Part shown: positions 48,785 to 57,834 of the stretch, in pieces
Numbering within the stretch: the first letter of the stretch is position 1
Layout: every line of letters starts with the position of its first letter
Source of the DNA: Promethearchaeota archaeon
Lineage (GTDB): Archaea; Asgardarchaeota; Lokiarchaeia; Sigyniarchaeales; SOKP01
NCBI GenBank assembly: GCA_019058445.1
Contig: JAHPZA010000006.1
Coordinates: 1,164,943-1,228,942 of the forward strand
Direction of reading: 5' to 3'
Length of the DNA: 64,000 bases
The notes under the pieces: model-generated
Seen by the model: the letters and a program-made list of their open reading frames with translations, nothing else
What the model was told of the DNA's origin: nothing
Databases searched by the model: none
Translations under genes and position numbers: made by a program

Positions 48785-49978
48785 TTATATTTGCCCAAAA
48801 ACGGCATCAACCATTGCTTTCAGCTGAAATGGGTTTATTGTCATAAAGAAACAATCATATGTTAAAGGGTTTTTAGATAAAAATTTTATATTCGTAGTAA
48901 GTCCTTTTCTTGAGGGGCTTAATATCCCAACTCTTAAGGCTTTTTGAATGATATTTTTAAATTCATTTGAATCTTTTTCATAGTCTAAAGATTCACATGA
49001 TATATCATATAGCTCTTGTAAATTATTTAAATCAATATAAAAGTGCGATTTTGTTGCAAATGTATTTGAGAGATTATCTAAAAAAATAATAGTTAAAAGA
49101 TCTTCCTCAGAAATATAATTAAGCATATTAAATTCATCAGATATTTGAAAAGAATCAAATTGGTTCTGAAATATTTCTAGCATTTTAAAATGTTCTATGG
49201 AGTCTTGATTTTTTAAAAAGGGATAAATTTCTCTGAGCATATCAATTCCTTTTCCAGGAACAGGTACATAATGCTCAAAAATAAGATCTGTAATATATTG
49301 AATCAATTCCTTATCAACTTCATGTGAAAATGTCAAAGACGCTCTTGTTTGTAATATTAAGTTCAATTCCTTGTAGGTAAAATAATTGAGCTTTCTTTTT
49401 ATATCAAATTCAGATAAATAATCCAAAGTCGATGATCTTAAAATCTTATTTACCGTCGAAATTACGGTAATATTCATTTCTTTTCCTAAATATAACATCT
49501 TCTTAAAAAAATCAGGTTTTATATTCTCTATGTTATTAAATATAAGGAAGAGATTTTGATCTATTTTTTTGCTTGCTAATTTAAAAATATTCCATAACTG
49601 AGAAATATTTGAGTTCAGAAATGAATTAAGATTGAAATTGAGGTTAGGCAATTTATTTAACTCAGTTAATAAAGAAAAGATTAATTCTTCAAGATTCTTC
49701 TCCTTACAGTCTATAATAATTTTCTGAAAAGGTAATGAATTGCCGTTATTTGTAATTAAATCTTTTACAACTTTATTGATAATTACTTTTTTACCGATCC
49801 CTTCAATCCCTTGATATAAGATATTAAGAGGAAACTCATCTGTTATTGAATCATTTAAAAGGGAATATAACGATTTTTCTTCTTTCTTTCTAAATAGAAG
49901 ATTAGGGGGTATATAATTTGGATCAAATATTGCTTTTGGCCCTATATAGTCATTATTTATCTTCGATTTACTAATCAT
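48785..49978 (-). CDS. Divergent Orc1/Cdc6-family protein with degenerate ATPase motifs
   Basis: FDPNYIPPNLLFRKKE N-terminal signature; Walker A GIEGIGKK; Walker B FNNIE; FT.KEL..IL..RA; C-terminal winged-helix-sized region. Confidence 0.78.
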   Translation of the reverse strand: MISKSKINNDYIGPKAIFDPNYIPPNLLFRKKEEKSLYSLLNDSITDEFPLNILYQGIEGIGKKVIINKVVKDLITNNGNSLPFQKIIIDCKEKNLEELIFSLLTELNKLPNLNFNLNSFLNSNISQLWNIFKLASKKIDQNLFLIFNNIENIKPDFFKKMLYLGKEMNITVISTVNKILRSSTLDYLSEFDIKRKLNYFTYKELNLILQTRASLTFSHEVDKELIQYITDLIFEHYVPVPGKGIDMLREIYPFLKNQDSIEHFKMLEIFQNQFDSFQISDEFNMLNYISEEDLLTIIFLDNLSNTFATKSHFYIDLNNLQELYDISCESLDYEKDSNEFKNIIQKALRVGILSPSRKGLTTNIKFLSKNPLTYDCFFMTINPFQLKAMVDAVFGQI

Positions 49979-50257
49979 TTTTCTTTTAAGTTTTTATTTT
50001 TATATTTTTTTTTTATCAACCTATTTAAACCAAACGGAGAGAGAGGGGTCACTAAAAGTAAAAATAAGAAAAAAAAATGGTATTTTCCAATAATCTTAAT
50101 TCGAGATTTTGAATGTGAAAGAAGATTAAAAGATTGCTGAATAAATTCTTAAATATATCTGAATGAATAAATAAAATTTAAACAATAATTAGGAAAGAGT
50201 TGTTATTCTTTAAATAGCTATATAAATAATAGGGTAATTTCTGATCTTTTTCAGGTT

Positions 50258-51073
50258 CTAGTTATTTATTCTCTTTACTCCAATTTTGCTTTTATCAACT
50301 TTTTCACTTAATCGAATTTTGCGTAATTTTTTAGGAAATTTTAAATCAACATCATCAAACACAAAACCACTCTCACCTAAAGGACCTTCAACTATTTTCA
50401 ATTTGGAAGGTGAGATATATCCATTGATAAATGACAAAATTTTACTATTTCCAAGAAACTTTCTATCTAGTACATTTCCAACCGAATTACATGCTGTAAT
50501 AGGGATTCTATTCTCTAGAGCTCGGGCTTGCAAATAAATTTTCCAATTATCCATCCCATCTTCTCTGATTAATGTGGGAGTGAATAAAATATCAGCACCA
50601 TTTTCAATGGCTAAACGAGGAGTCTCAAAAAAAGCAACATCAAAACAAATAAGAATTGCAAAATTCGATTTTCCTAATTTAAAAATACATAACTCCCGTC
50701 CTGGCTCGAAGTTTCCCTGTTCGTAAGAGTAGAGATGGATTTTATCTTGCCTTCCGATTTCTTCGCCTTTTTCATTGAAATAATAGCATGTAACAGATGG
50801 TTTATTAAGGTTTTTCCGTTTTTCCCATATCGCTCCAGATAGGAGTTTTATATGGTATTTCTTAGCTAACTCTTTTACAAAATTGTAGTGTTCTCCTCTC
50901 TCTTTTTGAATATTTTGAGACATATCTTGCAGGAATGGAACCCATCTTTCAGGTAAACATGCAATTTGACAATCTTCAAACTTTTTTAAAAGCTTCTTTA
51001 GTATATCTTCTATATGAGAATAGCTCTTATTTACATCTTTACAAATCTCTGGTTGAATACACGCAACTTTCAT
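50258..51073 (-). CDS. Carbon-nitrogen hydrolase (nitrilase superfamily)
   Basis: E-K-C triad: LPE, DKIHL, ICFD; ARALEN. Confidence 0.92.
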   Translation of the reverse strand: MKVACIQPEICKDVNKSYSHIEDILKKLLKKFEDCQIACLPERWVPFLQDMSQNIQKERGEHYNFVKELAKKYHIKLLSGAIWEKRKNLNKPSVTCYYFNEKGEEIGRQDKIHLYSYEQGNFEPGRELCIFKLGKSNFAILICFDVAFFETPRLAIENGADILFTPTLIREDGMDNWKIYLQARALENRIPITACNSVGNVLDRKFLGNSKILSFINGYISPSKLKIVEGPLGESGFVFDDVDLKFPKKLRKIRLSEKVDKSKIGVKRINN

Positions 51074-51091
51074 TGTGATAATACTAATGAC

Positions 51092-51844
51092 TTAATTTTG
51101 TTCTTTTTGATTTATTTCTGATATGATGTCAAAAATTTCATTTAAATTAGAGATTTCAAAATCTGGTTTGGTTCCCTCAGGAATCTTTATACCTTTTTTA
51201 TAAGGATCATGCTTTCCTCCTCTTCTAATTAAGACCGAATGGATATTACATAATTTTGCAGGGATGATATCCTTATCTATACGATCGCCCACATATATGG
51301 TTTCGGGGCCTAAAACCCCAAATCTTTTTAAGCAATGATCAAATAATTTAGGATTAGGTTTTCTTATACCAATCTCATCAGAAACCACAGTGAGATCTAT
51401 TAAATCATCTATTCCCAATCTTAATATTTTCTCATATTGCTTGATTGGAAGTCCATCAGTGATAATAGCAGTTTTTATTGATAATTTTTTTAAGGTATTT
51501 ATACAAGGTAAAACATCATCATAGAGCTTTATGGAATCAATTTTCTCCTTATGATATGCCATAACTGCTGCTGAGATATATTTAAATTGGAGTGAATAGG
51601 GGATGGTTTCTTCTATTCGTTCTAATCGATTATATCTCCTAATGAAGTAATTATAGTGTTTTGAAGAGTTTGATCCGTATTCTTTTACAATTTCTTGGAT
51701 CATTTTAATTGCCATCTCGCGATTAATATCTAAACCTAACTTAATCATTGCTTCAATTCCTTTAATTCTTGCCCTATCAGACAAACCTGTCGAATCGAAA
51801 AGGCAATCATCAAGATCAAATCCCACGAGCTTTATAGGACACAT
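51092..51844 (-). CDS. HAD-superfamily hydrolase
   Basis: FDLDDCL, ITDG, KPNP, VGDRIDKDI. Confidence 0.92.
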   Translation of the reverse strand: MCPIKLVGFDLDDCLFDSTGLSDRARIKGIEAMIKLGLDINREMAIKMIQEIVKEYGSNSSKHYNYFIRRYNRLERIEETIPYSLQFKYISAAVMAYHKEKIDSIKLYDDVLPCINTLKKLSIKTAIITDGLPIKQYEKILRLGIDDLIDLTVVSDEIGIRKPNPKLFDHCLKRFGVLGPETIYVGDRIDKDIIPAKLCNIHSVLIRRGGKHDPYKKGIKIPEGTKPDFEISNLNEIFDIISEINQKEQN

Positions 51845-52133
51845 GGTTATATTTAGAAATTTTAATTCATTCGTTCACGATAATTCAATGATAATAAATA
51901 ATTTCATACCTTAGAAAGCTTTTGATATTAGAAGTTTTTATAAGATAAATTTATTTATTCTTGAAAACATATAATCTTTAATATTAATCTATGATAAGCA
52001 TATACAAATTAAAAGGAATTTTATTATTTTATCCATACAAGTATTTGAAAAAAATATTATTTACTACAAGATTTTATTTGTTTTTCAAACGTATAAATGA
52101 ATACAATTATTATTAAATAAGTTATAATAATCA

Positions 52134-53444
52134 TTGCCGGAGAAGCAGTTTTTGAAGACAATCGTAACTTTGTCATGGTTTCACAGGAAGATTGGCCCAA
52201 TAGTGTTTTATTCTTATCCAGAAAAGATGTTGGAAGATGACTTGTCTGTAAGAATAGCTAATATTATGGATCAAACGTTTAATGAAGGTTTTTTTACTCA
52301 TTCCTTTGAAAATGTGAATTCAATGAATTATTATTTTGAAATTCATTCTGATTGGGCAAGAGGAAATAAAGAAATGCTTATGGTATCTGTAATTTTTGAG
52401 CAACAAACTTCTCTGGACATGGAACAAGACGTTTTGATGCTGTTTAATGAATTTTCTGAAAGACTACAATCAAATGAGGAAATTTTTACAGCTTTTTATG
52501 CAAATGATTTAAGCAGCTTTGATGATGAAAATGATAAAGAGAATATAACAAAAAACAATGCCTTGATTAAATTATGGGTAAAAGAATTATATTGGGCTAC
52601 AGTTGAGAAGACCAGAGAAAAAACGGAGGAAGAAAAAATCGCACTTCTTTTAAAAGAAAAACATATTTTTTTTACTTTAAAAAAGTTATCAAAAGGACCA
52701 ATTACATTAGAAGGGTTGGCCGAATGGTTTAATTCTAAATTTACCGATAAGATTTATAATAAAGTGATTGAGACTTTAGTGGATAAACAATTTATTTTTA
52801 TAAATCAGATAGGTAGGGTTGAGAAATATGTACTTTTATTAAAAGAGGTAAATGCGGAGAGGATTCCACCAGATAGTGTAATTGAATATATAGATGAAAC
52901 TCCAGATCTAATTGATTTGCTGCTTCCAAAAGTGCAACAATATTTTAGTCAGTATGAAACGATGAAAAATGAGGAATTGGAAGAAGATTCATTTACACTA
53001 TTTCAGATTATATCAGATCCAAAAAAGTATAATATTCTTTCAGAATTAAGAGATGGAATAATACGTAGAGATCAATTGCATAAATTAGTATCAAAGAGAA
53101 CATTAGATAATCTAATTGAAACAATTGATTTTTTAGAAAAGTATAATGTTATTGAAGAGTTAAAATTTAATAATGAAAGGTACATTGTATTAAAAACTAA
53201 TTTGCAAATAACCACCGCCTTTCCTGAATATCTAAGAAAATTGTTGCCTAAAGAATCGAAACCAGTTGTTGCCAATAAATATAGTCCAAGATTAATAAAA
53301 CAACAAGAAGAAATGGCTGAAATTTTTAAAGAAGTAAGGGATGTTCGTAATAAAGAAGATGGCCATAAAACTAAAGAGGAAAAAATAAACAAATTTTTAG
53401 AAGATCTATCTTCTGGTGTCAAAAAAGACACTTCCAAAAAATAA
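52134..53444 (+). CDS. uDENN/longin-domain protein with probable C-terminal winged helices
   Basis: SWFHRKIGPIVFYSYP and YFEIHSDWARGNKE patterns typical of uDENN/folliculin-like longin domains. Confidence 0.7.
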   Translation: MPEKQFLKTIVTLSWFHRKIGPIVFYSYPEKMLEDDLSVRIANIMDQTFNEGFFTHSFENVNSMNYYFEIHSDWARGNKEMLMVSVIFEQQTSLDMEQDVLMLFNEFSERLQSNEEIFTAFYANDLSSFDDENDKENITKNNALIKLWVKELYWATVEKTREKTEEEKIALLLKEKHIFFTLKKLSKGPITLEGLAEWFNSKFTDKIYNKVIETLVDKQFIFINQIGRVEKYVLLLKEVNAERIPPDSVIEYIDETPDLIDLLLPKVQQYFSQYETMKNEELEEDSFTLFQIISDPKKYNILSELRDGIIRRDQLHKLVSKRTLDNLIETIDFLEKYNVIEELKFNNERYIVLKTNLQITTAFPEYLRKLLPKESKPVVANKYSPRLIKQQEEMAEIFKEVRDVRNKEDGHKTKEEKINKFLEDLSSGVKKDTSKK

Positions 53445-53520
53445 AATTGAGGAATTTTAAAAAGTTTTTTTTTGTTAGAAGACTTTATTCTATTAATCAA
53501 ATTAAGAAGAAAGTTATAGA

Positions 53521-54387
53521 TTGAGTGTTCAAGCTGTTTTTATCGTAGATAAAGTGAATAATACTCTAATTTTTTTGGAATATTTAGAAGAGAATATTAA
53601 AATAAATCAAAAAGAATTATCAAACGTTTTAGGAAGAATAGTGAATAATAGTAAAGAATTAGAACTAAATTCATTTTCTAATTTCGAATTAAATGAAAAG
53701 TGCTATTTCTTTGGAGTGTTTAATAAACTTCTCTTAGTCGTGCAGCATCAGAAAGGGAAAACTCCGCCAGATGATTTTTTAAATGAACTATATAACATTT
53801 TTGTTAACGTCTTTAAAAATATCTTAGAAAATTATACAAACAATGATCTCTCAAAATTTAGATCTTTTGCTAAAGATGTGAGGGACATATTACCCAAATA
53901 CTTTCATCACTCAAATAAACAAAAAAATAATATTGGCAATAGACCCTTAATTGATCCAATAAAAAGAGATTTTTATCCAGAAAGGCCCTCGGTGTACAAA
54001 CGTGATGAAATACTCTATAATGAAGCCAAGCTCATTAAGCAGAAATATGCCACTAAATTTGTTGATGGTTTCATTTTTAAACTTCATATCTATATAAATA
54101 TATCACCAACTCAATCGTATAAAATTTTCATTGACTTTTCAGATTACCCACTAAAACCAACTATATTTATCGATGATGTTTTAATTAAGGAATTAGGAAA
54201 GAATTTGGATGAAATATTATATTTTTATACTAAATGGGATAAAAAAAGACCGCCTCATATAATTGAGCTTGTAAATGAATTAGAAACTATTCTTGTACAA
54301 TTTAACTCAGAAGGAAGACTATCAAAAGTTCCATTAATCCCAAAAAATGCAATACCAGAAGTTAAGCCCTTGCCAAATATAGAATAA
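53521..54387 (+). CDS. Longin-like N-terminal domain fused to a UBC/RWD-like domain
   Basis: N-terminal VFIVD...LLLVV...FLNELYNIF longin-like pattern; C-terminal IDFSDYPLKP...W...PPHIIELVNELE. Confidence 0.55.
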   Translation: MSVQAVFIVDKVNNTLIFLEYLEENIKINQKELSNVLGRIVNNSKELELNSFSNFELNEKCYFFGVFNKLLLVVQHQKGKTPPDDFLNELYNIFVNVFKNILENYTNNDLSKFRSFAKDVRDILPKYFHHSNKQKNNIGNRPLIDPIKRDFYPERPSVYKRDEILYNEAKLIKQKYATKFVDGFIFKLHIYINISPTQSYKIFIDFSDYPLKPTIFIDDVLIKELGKNLDEILYFYTKWDKKRPPHIIELVNELETILVQFNSEGRLSKVPLIPKNAIPEVKPLPNIE

Positions 54388-54423
54388 AACATAGCAAACA
54401 TAAAAAGAAAAAGAAGTAGTTAG

Positions 54424-54693
54424 ATGGAAAAAGAAGAAGAATCCCTGGATGATTTGAAATATCTTTTAGGTAATATGGGAATTGAGATATTATTAGCAAT
54501 TGACCGTGGAGCTAAGGACTTTGAAACAATAAAATTATTTTCAGGTGTACCCCTCTCCTGTATTAAGGGTAGAATTCCTGTGTTGATAGATTTGAATTTA
54601 ATTCAGAAAAAAAATAATGAGTATTCATTAAAAGAAAAGGGTCGAAATTTTAAAAAAAAATTAGAAAGAAAAAAAGATTTCAAAATGGAATAA
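54424..54693 (+). CDS. Small winged-helix protein
   Basis: ILLAI...FETIK...RIPVLIDLNLI...YSLKEKG. Confidence 0.7.
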   Translation: MEKEEESLDDLKYLLGNMGIEILLAIDRGAKDFETIKLFSGVPLSCIKGRIPVLIDLNLIQKKNNEYSLKEKGRNFKKKLERKKDFKME

Positions 54694-54701
54694 GGTTAAG
54701 C

Positions 54702-54778
54702 TTATATTTCAGATTGGGGCGACATTATCATAGTTATGAGCTGTAACTCAATTTGTCACAATTTCATCATCAATATAA
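54702..54778 (-). ncRNA. C/D-box methylation guide sRNA (D guide predicted for 23S rRNA Gm2251)
   Basis: Minus strand: TTATATT-G-ATGATGA(C)-12 nt-TTGA(D')-hairpin-ATGATAA(C')-TGTCGCCCCAAT-CTGA(D)-AATATAA, with a 7-bp terminal stem. Confidence 0.85.
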
Positions 54779-54780
54779 AT

Positions 54781-55269
54781 TTAAACTTTCTTATTTTTAG
54801 GTTTTTTAGTATTTAATTCTTTTTTATAATACTTTTCCACATAATAACCGGGTTTTTTAAAACCTCCACTTTCTTCAATAAGGTTTTTTAAACCATCCTT
54901 TTGAGATATTTTGTTCTTGAAATCTTCATATTCATTAACTTTTAACTCTTTTTTTTTTAATAAATAATCTAAAATCTCAAAAGCTTCTTCATTTGTGGTA
55001 CATCTACGAATAAAATCAATTGCCCCGGGATCACTCAATTCATTTAAGTTGCATATTTTGGATTGTATATCCCGCTTTTTGGTTGTATTTTCAATATCTA
55101 ATGCAACAGAATCAATTTTTAGGGCTTTTTTCCCATTAGTAATTTCAGAAATCAAGTGAGGTATAAATTTTTCTAATTCTTTCTTGTCATAGGACACGTT
55201 CAATCCGTTTTTTTCTTTTATTTTTGCTTTTTTAAAAGACTTCGTGTCTTTATTCTTTTTATCACTCAA
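54781..55269 (-). CDS. DUF2095-like conserved archaeal protein
   Basis: PHLISEI; PGAIDFIRRCTTNEEAFEILDYL; KKPGYY. Confidence 0.75.
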   Translation of the reverse strand: MSDKKNKDTKSFKKAKIKEKNGLNVSYDKKELEKFIPHLISEITNGKKALKIDSVALDIENTTKKRDIQSKICNLNELSDPGAIDFIRRCTTNEEAFEILDYLLKKKELKVNEYEDFKNKISQKDGLKNLIEESGGFKKPGYYVEKYYKKELNTKKPKNKKV

Positions 55270-55359
55270 GAACTTGACATCCGTTAATAAGTAAACCTTT
55301 AAGTATTTATTAAATTAGAAATAATAATTCAAAGTAATAAAATTATGTGTTTAGAATTT

Positions 55360-56280
55360 ATGAGTATATTAATTTCTGATAAACTTAAAGAAGAAGCTAT
55401 TGAAATCCTACAGAATAACGGTTTCAATGTTGTGAAAAAATATTCAATAACTAATGATGAATTAAAGCATGAAATCAAAAAATATGAAGCAATCATCATT
55501 CGTTCTAGAACAAAGCTAACCGCAGAGATTTTAGAAAATGCGAATAATCTTAAAGTTATTGGAAGAGCTGGAGTTGGATTAGACAATATAGATTTGAGAA
55601 AAGCAGAAGAATTACAGATTAAAGTACTAAATACTCCTGAAGCACCTTCAATTTCTGTAGCAGAATTAACAATAGGATTAATATTAAATTTAGTAAGGCA
55701 TATTTCGAAAGCAGATCAAACAATGCATTGCGGTGAATGGTGTAAAAGTGATTATATGGGTTACATTTTACAAGGGAAAAAAATAGGATTAATCGGATTC
55801 GGTAATATTGGTCAAGCTGTAGCAAAAGTATGCAATGCGTTGAGTATGGATATCGGTATATACGATGTTGACGAAATTGTTAAAGTTAAGGCAAAAAAGT
55901 TAGGATATAGAGTATATCCTTCTGTAGATGATTTAATAAAAAATTCCCAGATTATCTCATTACATATCCCTTCTACGGTGCAAACTGAAAATACGATGGA
56001 TGAGAGAAGAATAGGATTAATGAGTGAAAAAGCAATTCTTATTAACACAGCTAGAGGTAATCTTGTTGATGAAGTGGCTTTAATAAAGGCTCTTAAAAAT
56101 AAAAAAATTGGCGGTGCAGCTCTTGATGTATACAGGGAAGAACCATTGAAAGATATGGATTTATGCAGTTGCGAAGAAAATTTAGTGCTTACTCCGCATA
56201 TAGGGAGTCAAACAGAGGAGACCCAGACCCAAGCAAGCATTATGATTGCCGAGAAAATCTCAGAGTATTTAAAAAAATAA
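55360..56280 (+). CDS. serA: D-3-phosphoglycerate dehydrogenase-like 2-hydroxyacid dehydrogenase (short form, no ACT domain)
   Basis: GRAGVGLDNID, GFGNIG, INTARG, TPHIG. Confidence 0.82.
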   Translation: MSILISDKLKEEAIEILQNNGFNVVKKYSITNDELKHEIKKYEAIIIRSRTKLTAEILENANNLKVIGRAGVGLDNIDLRKAEELQIKVLNTPEAPSISVAELTIGLILNLVRHISKADQTMHCGEWCKSDYMGYILQGKKIGLIGFGNIGQAVAKVCNALSMDIGIYDVDEIVKVKAKKLGYRVYPSVDDLIKNSQIISLHIPSTVQTENTMDERRIGLMSEKAILINTARGNLVDEVALIKALKNKKIGGAALDVYREEPLKDMDLCSCEENLVLTPHIGSQTEETQTQASIMIAEKISEYLKK

Positions 56281-56340
56281 TAAAATTATTTAGTATTAGT
56301 GAATTTTAATAGGTATAACAAATTATAAGTGCTTTTAAAT

Positions 56341-56925
56341 TTGAAGTCAGGATATAAATTTGTAAAGGAAACGTTTGAAACTCACGAAAAAGGACATAAT
56401 ACCCCACATTGGTATCGTGGTATTGAATATAGAAAAGGTCATTCTATTGAACGAATTGAACGACCAACGAAAATTCATCGGGCCAGATCTTTAGGCTACA
56501 AAGCAAAGCAAGGTTACACCTTAGTACGAGCAAGAATAAGAAAAGGCGGAATGCACAAAATCAGACCAAAGCGGGGGAGAAAACCCAGGGCTATGGGCGT
56601 TAAGAAATATACAACGGGAAAAAATCTTCAATGGATAGCAGAAGAGCGTGTTCAGAGGAAATTTCCAAACATGCAGGTTTTAAATTCTTACAAAGTGTAT
56701 TCTGATGGAAGAAACTGGTATTATGAAGTTATTTTAGTTGATCCAAACCACCCTGTAATAAAATCTGATCCAAATATACATTGGATTACTGAATCTGCCC
56801 ATAAAAAGCGAGTTACAAGGGGTCTGACTTCAGCTGGGAAAAAAGCCCGAGGCCTTTATAAGAAAGGGTGGGGTTCTGAAAAAAATCGGCCCTCCATTAG
56901 AGCGAACAAGGGTCGTGGAAAATAA
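56341..56925 (+). CDS. rpl15e: 50S ribosomal protein L15e
   Basis: RPTKIHRARSLGYKAKQG, IAEERV, VLNSY, RGLTSAGKKARGL; TTG start inferred. Confidence 0.96.
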   Translation: MKSGYKFVKETFETHEKGHNTPHWYRGIEYRKGHSIERIERPTKIHRARSLGYKAKQGYTLVRARIRKGGMHKIRPKRGRKPRAMGVKKYTTGKNLQWIAEERVQRKFPNMQVLNSYKVYSDGRNWYYEVILVDPNHPVIKSDPNIHWITESAHKKRVTRGLTSAGKKARGLYKKGWGSEKNRPSIRANKGRGK

Positions 56926-56993
56926 TTTCTTTTATAGACACTTCTTCTTTTAAAAAAAAAAAATGCGAAATTATTTCACAATTTTATTTAGAT

Positions 56994-57797
56994 TTATAAC
57001 TTATTAATTGAAATTGTCATCCCACCATCTAAAATGAGATTTTGCCCCGTGATGTAATTTGCTGTGGGAGAGGCTAGAAATAAAGCAATATCTGCGACCC
57101 ATTTTGCTTCTCCAATCTTATCTATAGGAAGTTTGACACCCCTTGCTTCTAAAAGTAACCTAATAACTTTAGGATCGTTTTTATATAGAGGAGTCAAAAA
57201 TACTCCTGGTGATATTGCATTTACAGTAATATCACTTGGTCCTAGCTCTAAAGCCCATAGTTTAGTAAATGCAATTAGAGTTGCTTTGCTTGCGCTATAC
57301 ACTCCGAAGAAAGGATTAATCCCATTTTCAGTTCCTGCACATGATGCAATATTTATTATTTTGCCTCTAATTGGTTCAAATTGTCTTTGTCTTTTCATCT
57401 GTCTGAAAAAGGCTTTTGTAACATTCCAGGCTCCTTTGACATTTACTGCCATGACTTTGTCATAACTATCCTCTTTTGATTTCAAGGAGGCATATAATCC
57501 TGAATCTATTCCCGCATTATTTACTAATAGAAATACATTATCAAATTTCTCAGAAACCTTTTTAGCCATATTGTTTACTTCTTCTGAATTAGATATATCT
57601 GCTTTTGCTAAGAAAATTTCAACTTTATGATCCTTGAGAATAATATCACGGGTTTCCTCTAGGCCTTCCATATTAATATCATTAATTACCAAATCTGCTC
57701 CTTTACTTGCAAAGCATTTTGCCATTTCCCTTCCAAAGCCGCTACCGGCTCCTGTGATTAAGGCAACTTTTCCTTTTAAAAATTTTTCATCATTCAT
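56994..57797 (-). CDS. SDR-family oxidoreductase
   Basis: TGAGSGFG, NNAG, YSASK. Confidence 0.93.
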   Translation of the reverse strand: MNDEKFLKGKVALITGAGSGFGREMAKCFASKGADLVINDINMEGLEETRDIILKDHKVEIFLAKADISNSEEVNNMAKKVSEKFDNVFLLVNNAGIDSGLYASLKSKEDSYDKVMAVNVKGAWNVTKAFFRQMKRQRQFEPIRGKIINIASCAGTENGINPFFGVYSASKATLIAFTKLWALELGPSDITVNAISPGVFLTPLYKNDPKVIRLLLEARGVKLPIDKIGEAKWVADIALFLASPTANYITGQNLILDGGMTISINKL

Positions 57798-57834
57798 TTG
57801 TTTTTAACACCTAAAAAAATAATATATTAAAAAG

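Noticed and set aside
48630-50250. Replication origin next to the orc1/cdc6-like gene
   Set aside because: Flanks are AT-rich but hold only one weak ORB-like motif, with no repeated or inverted ORBs
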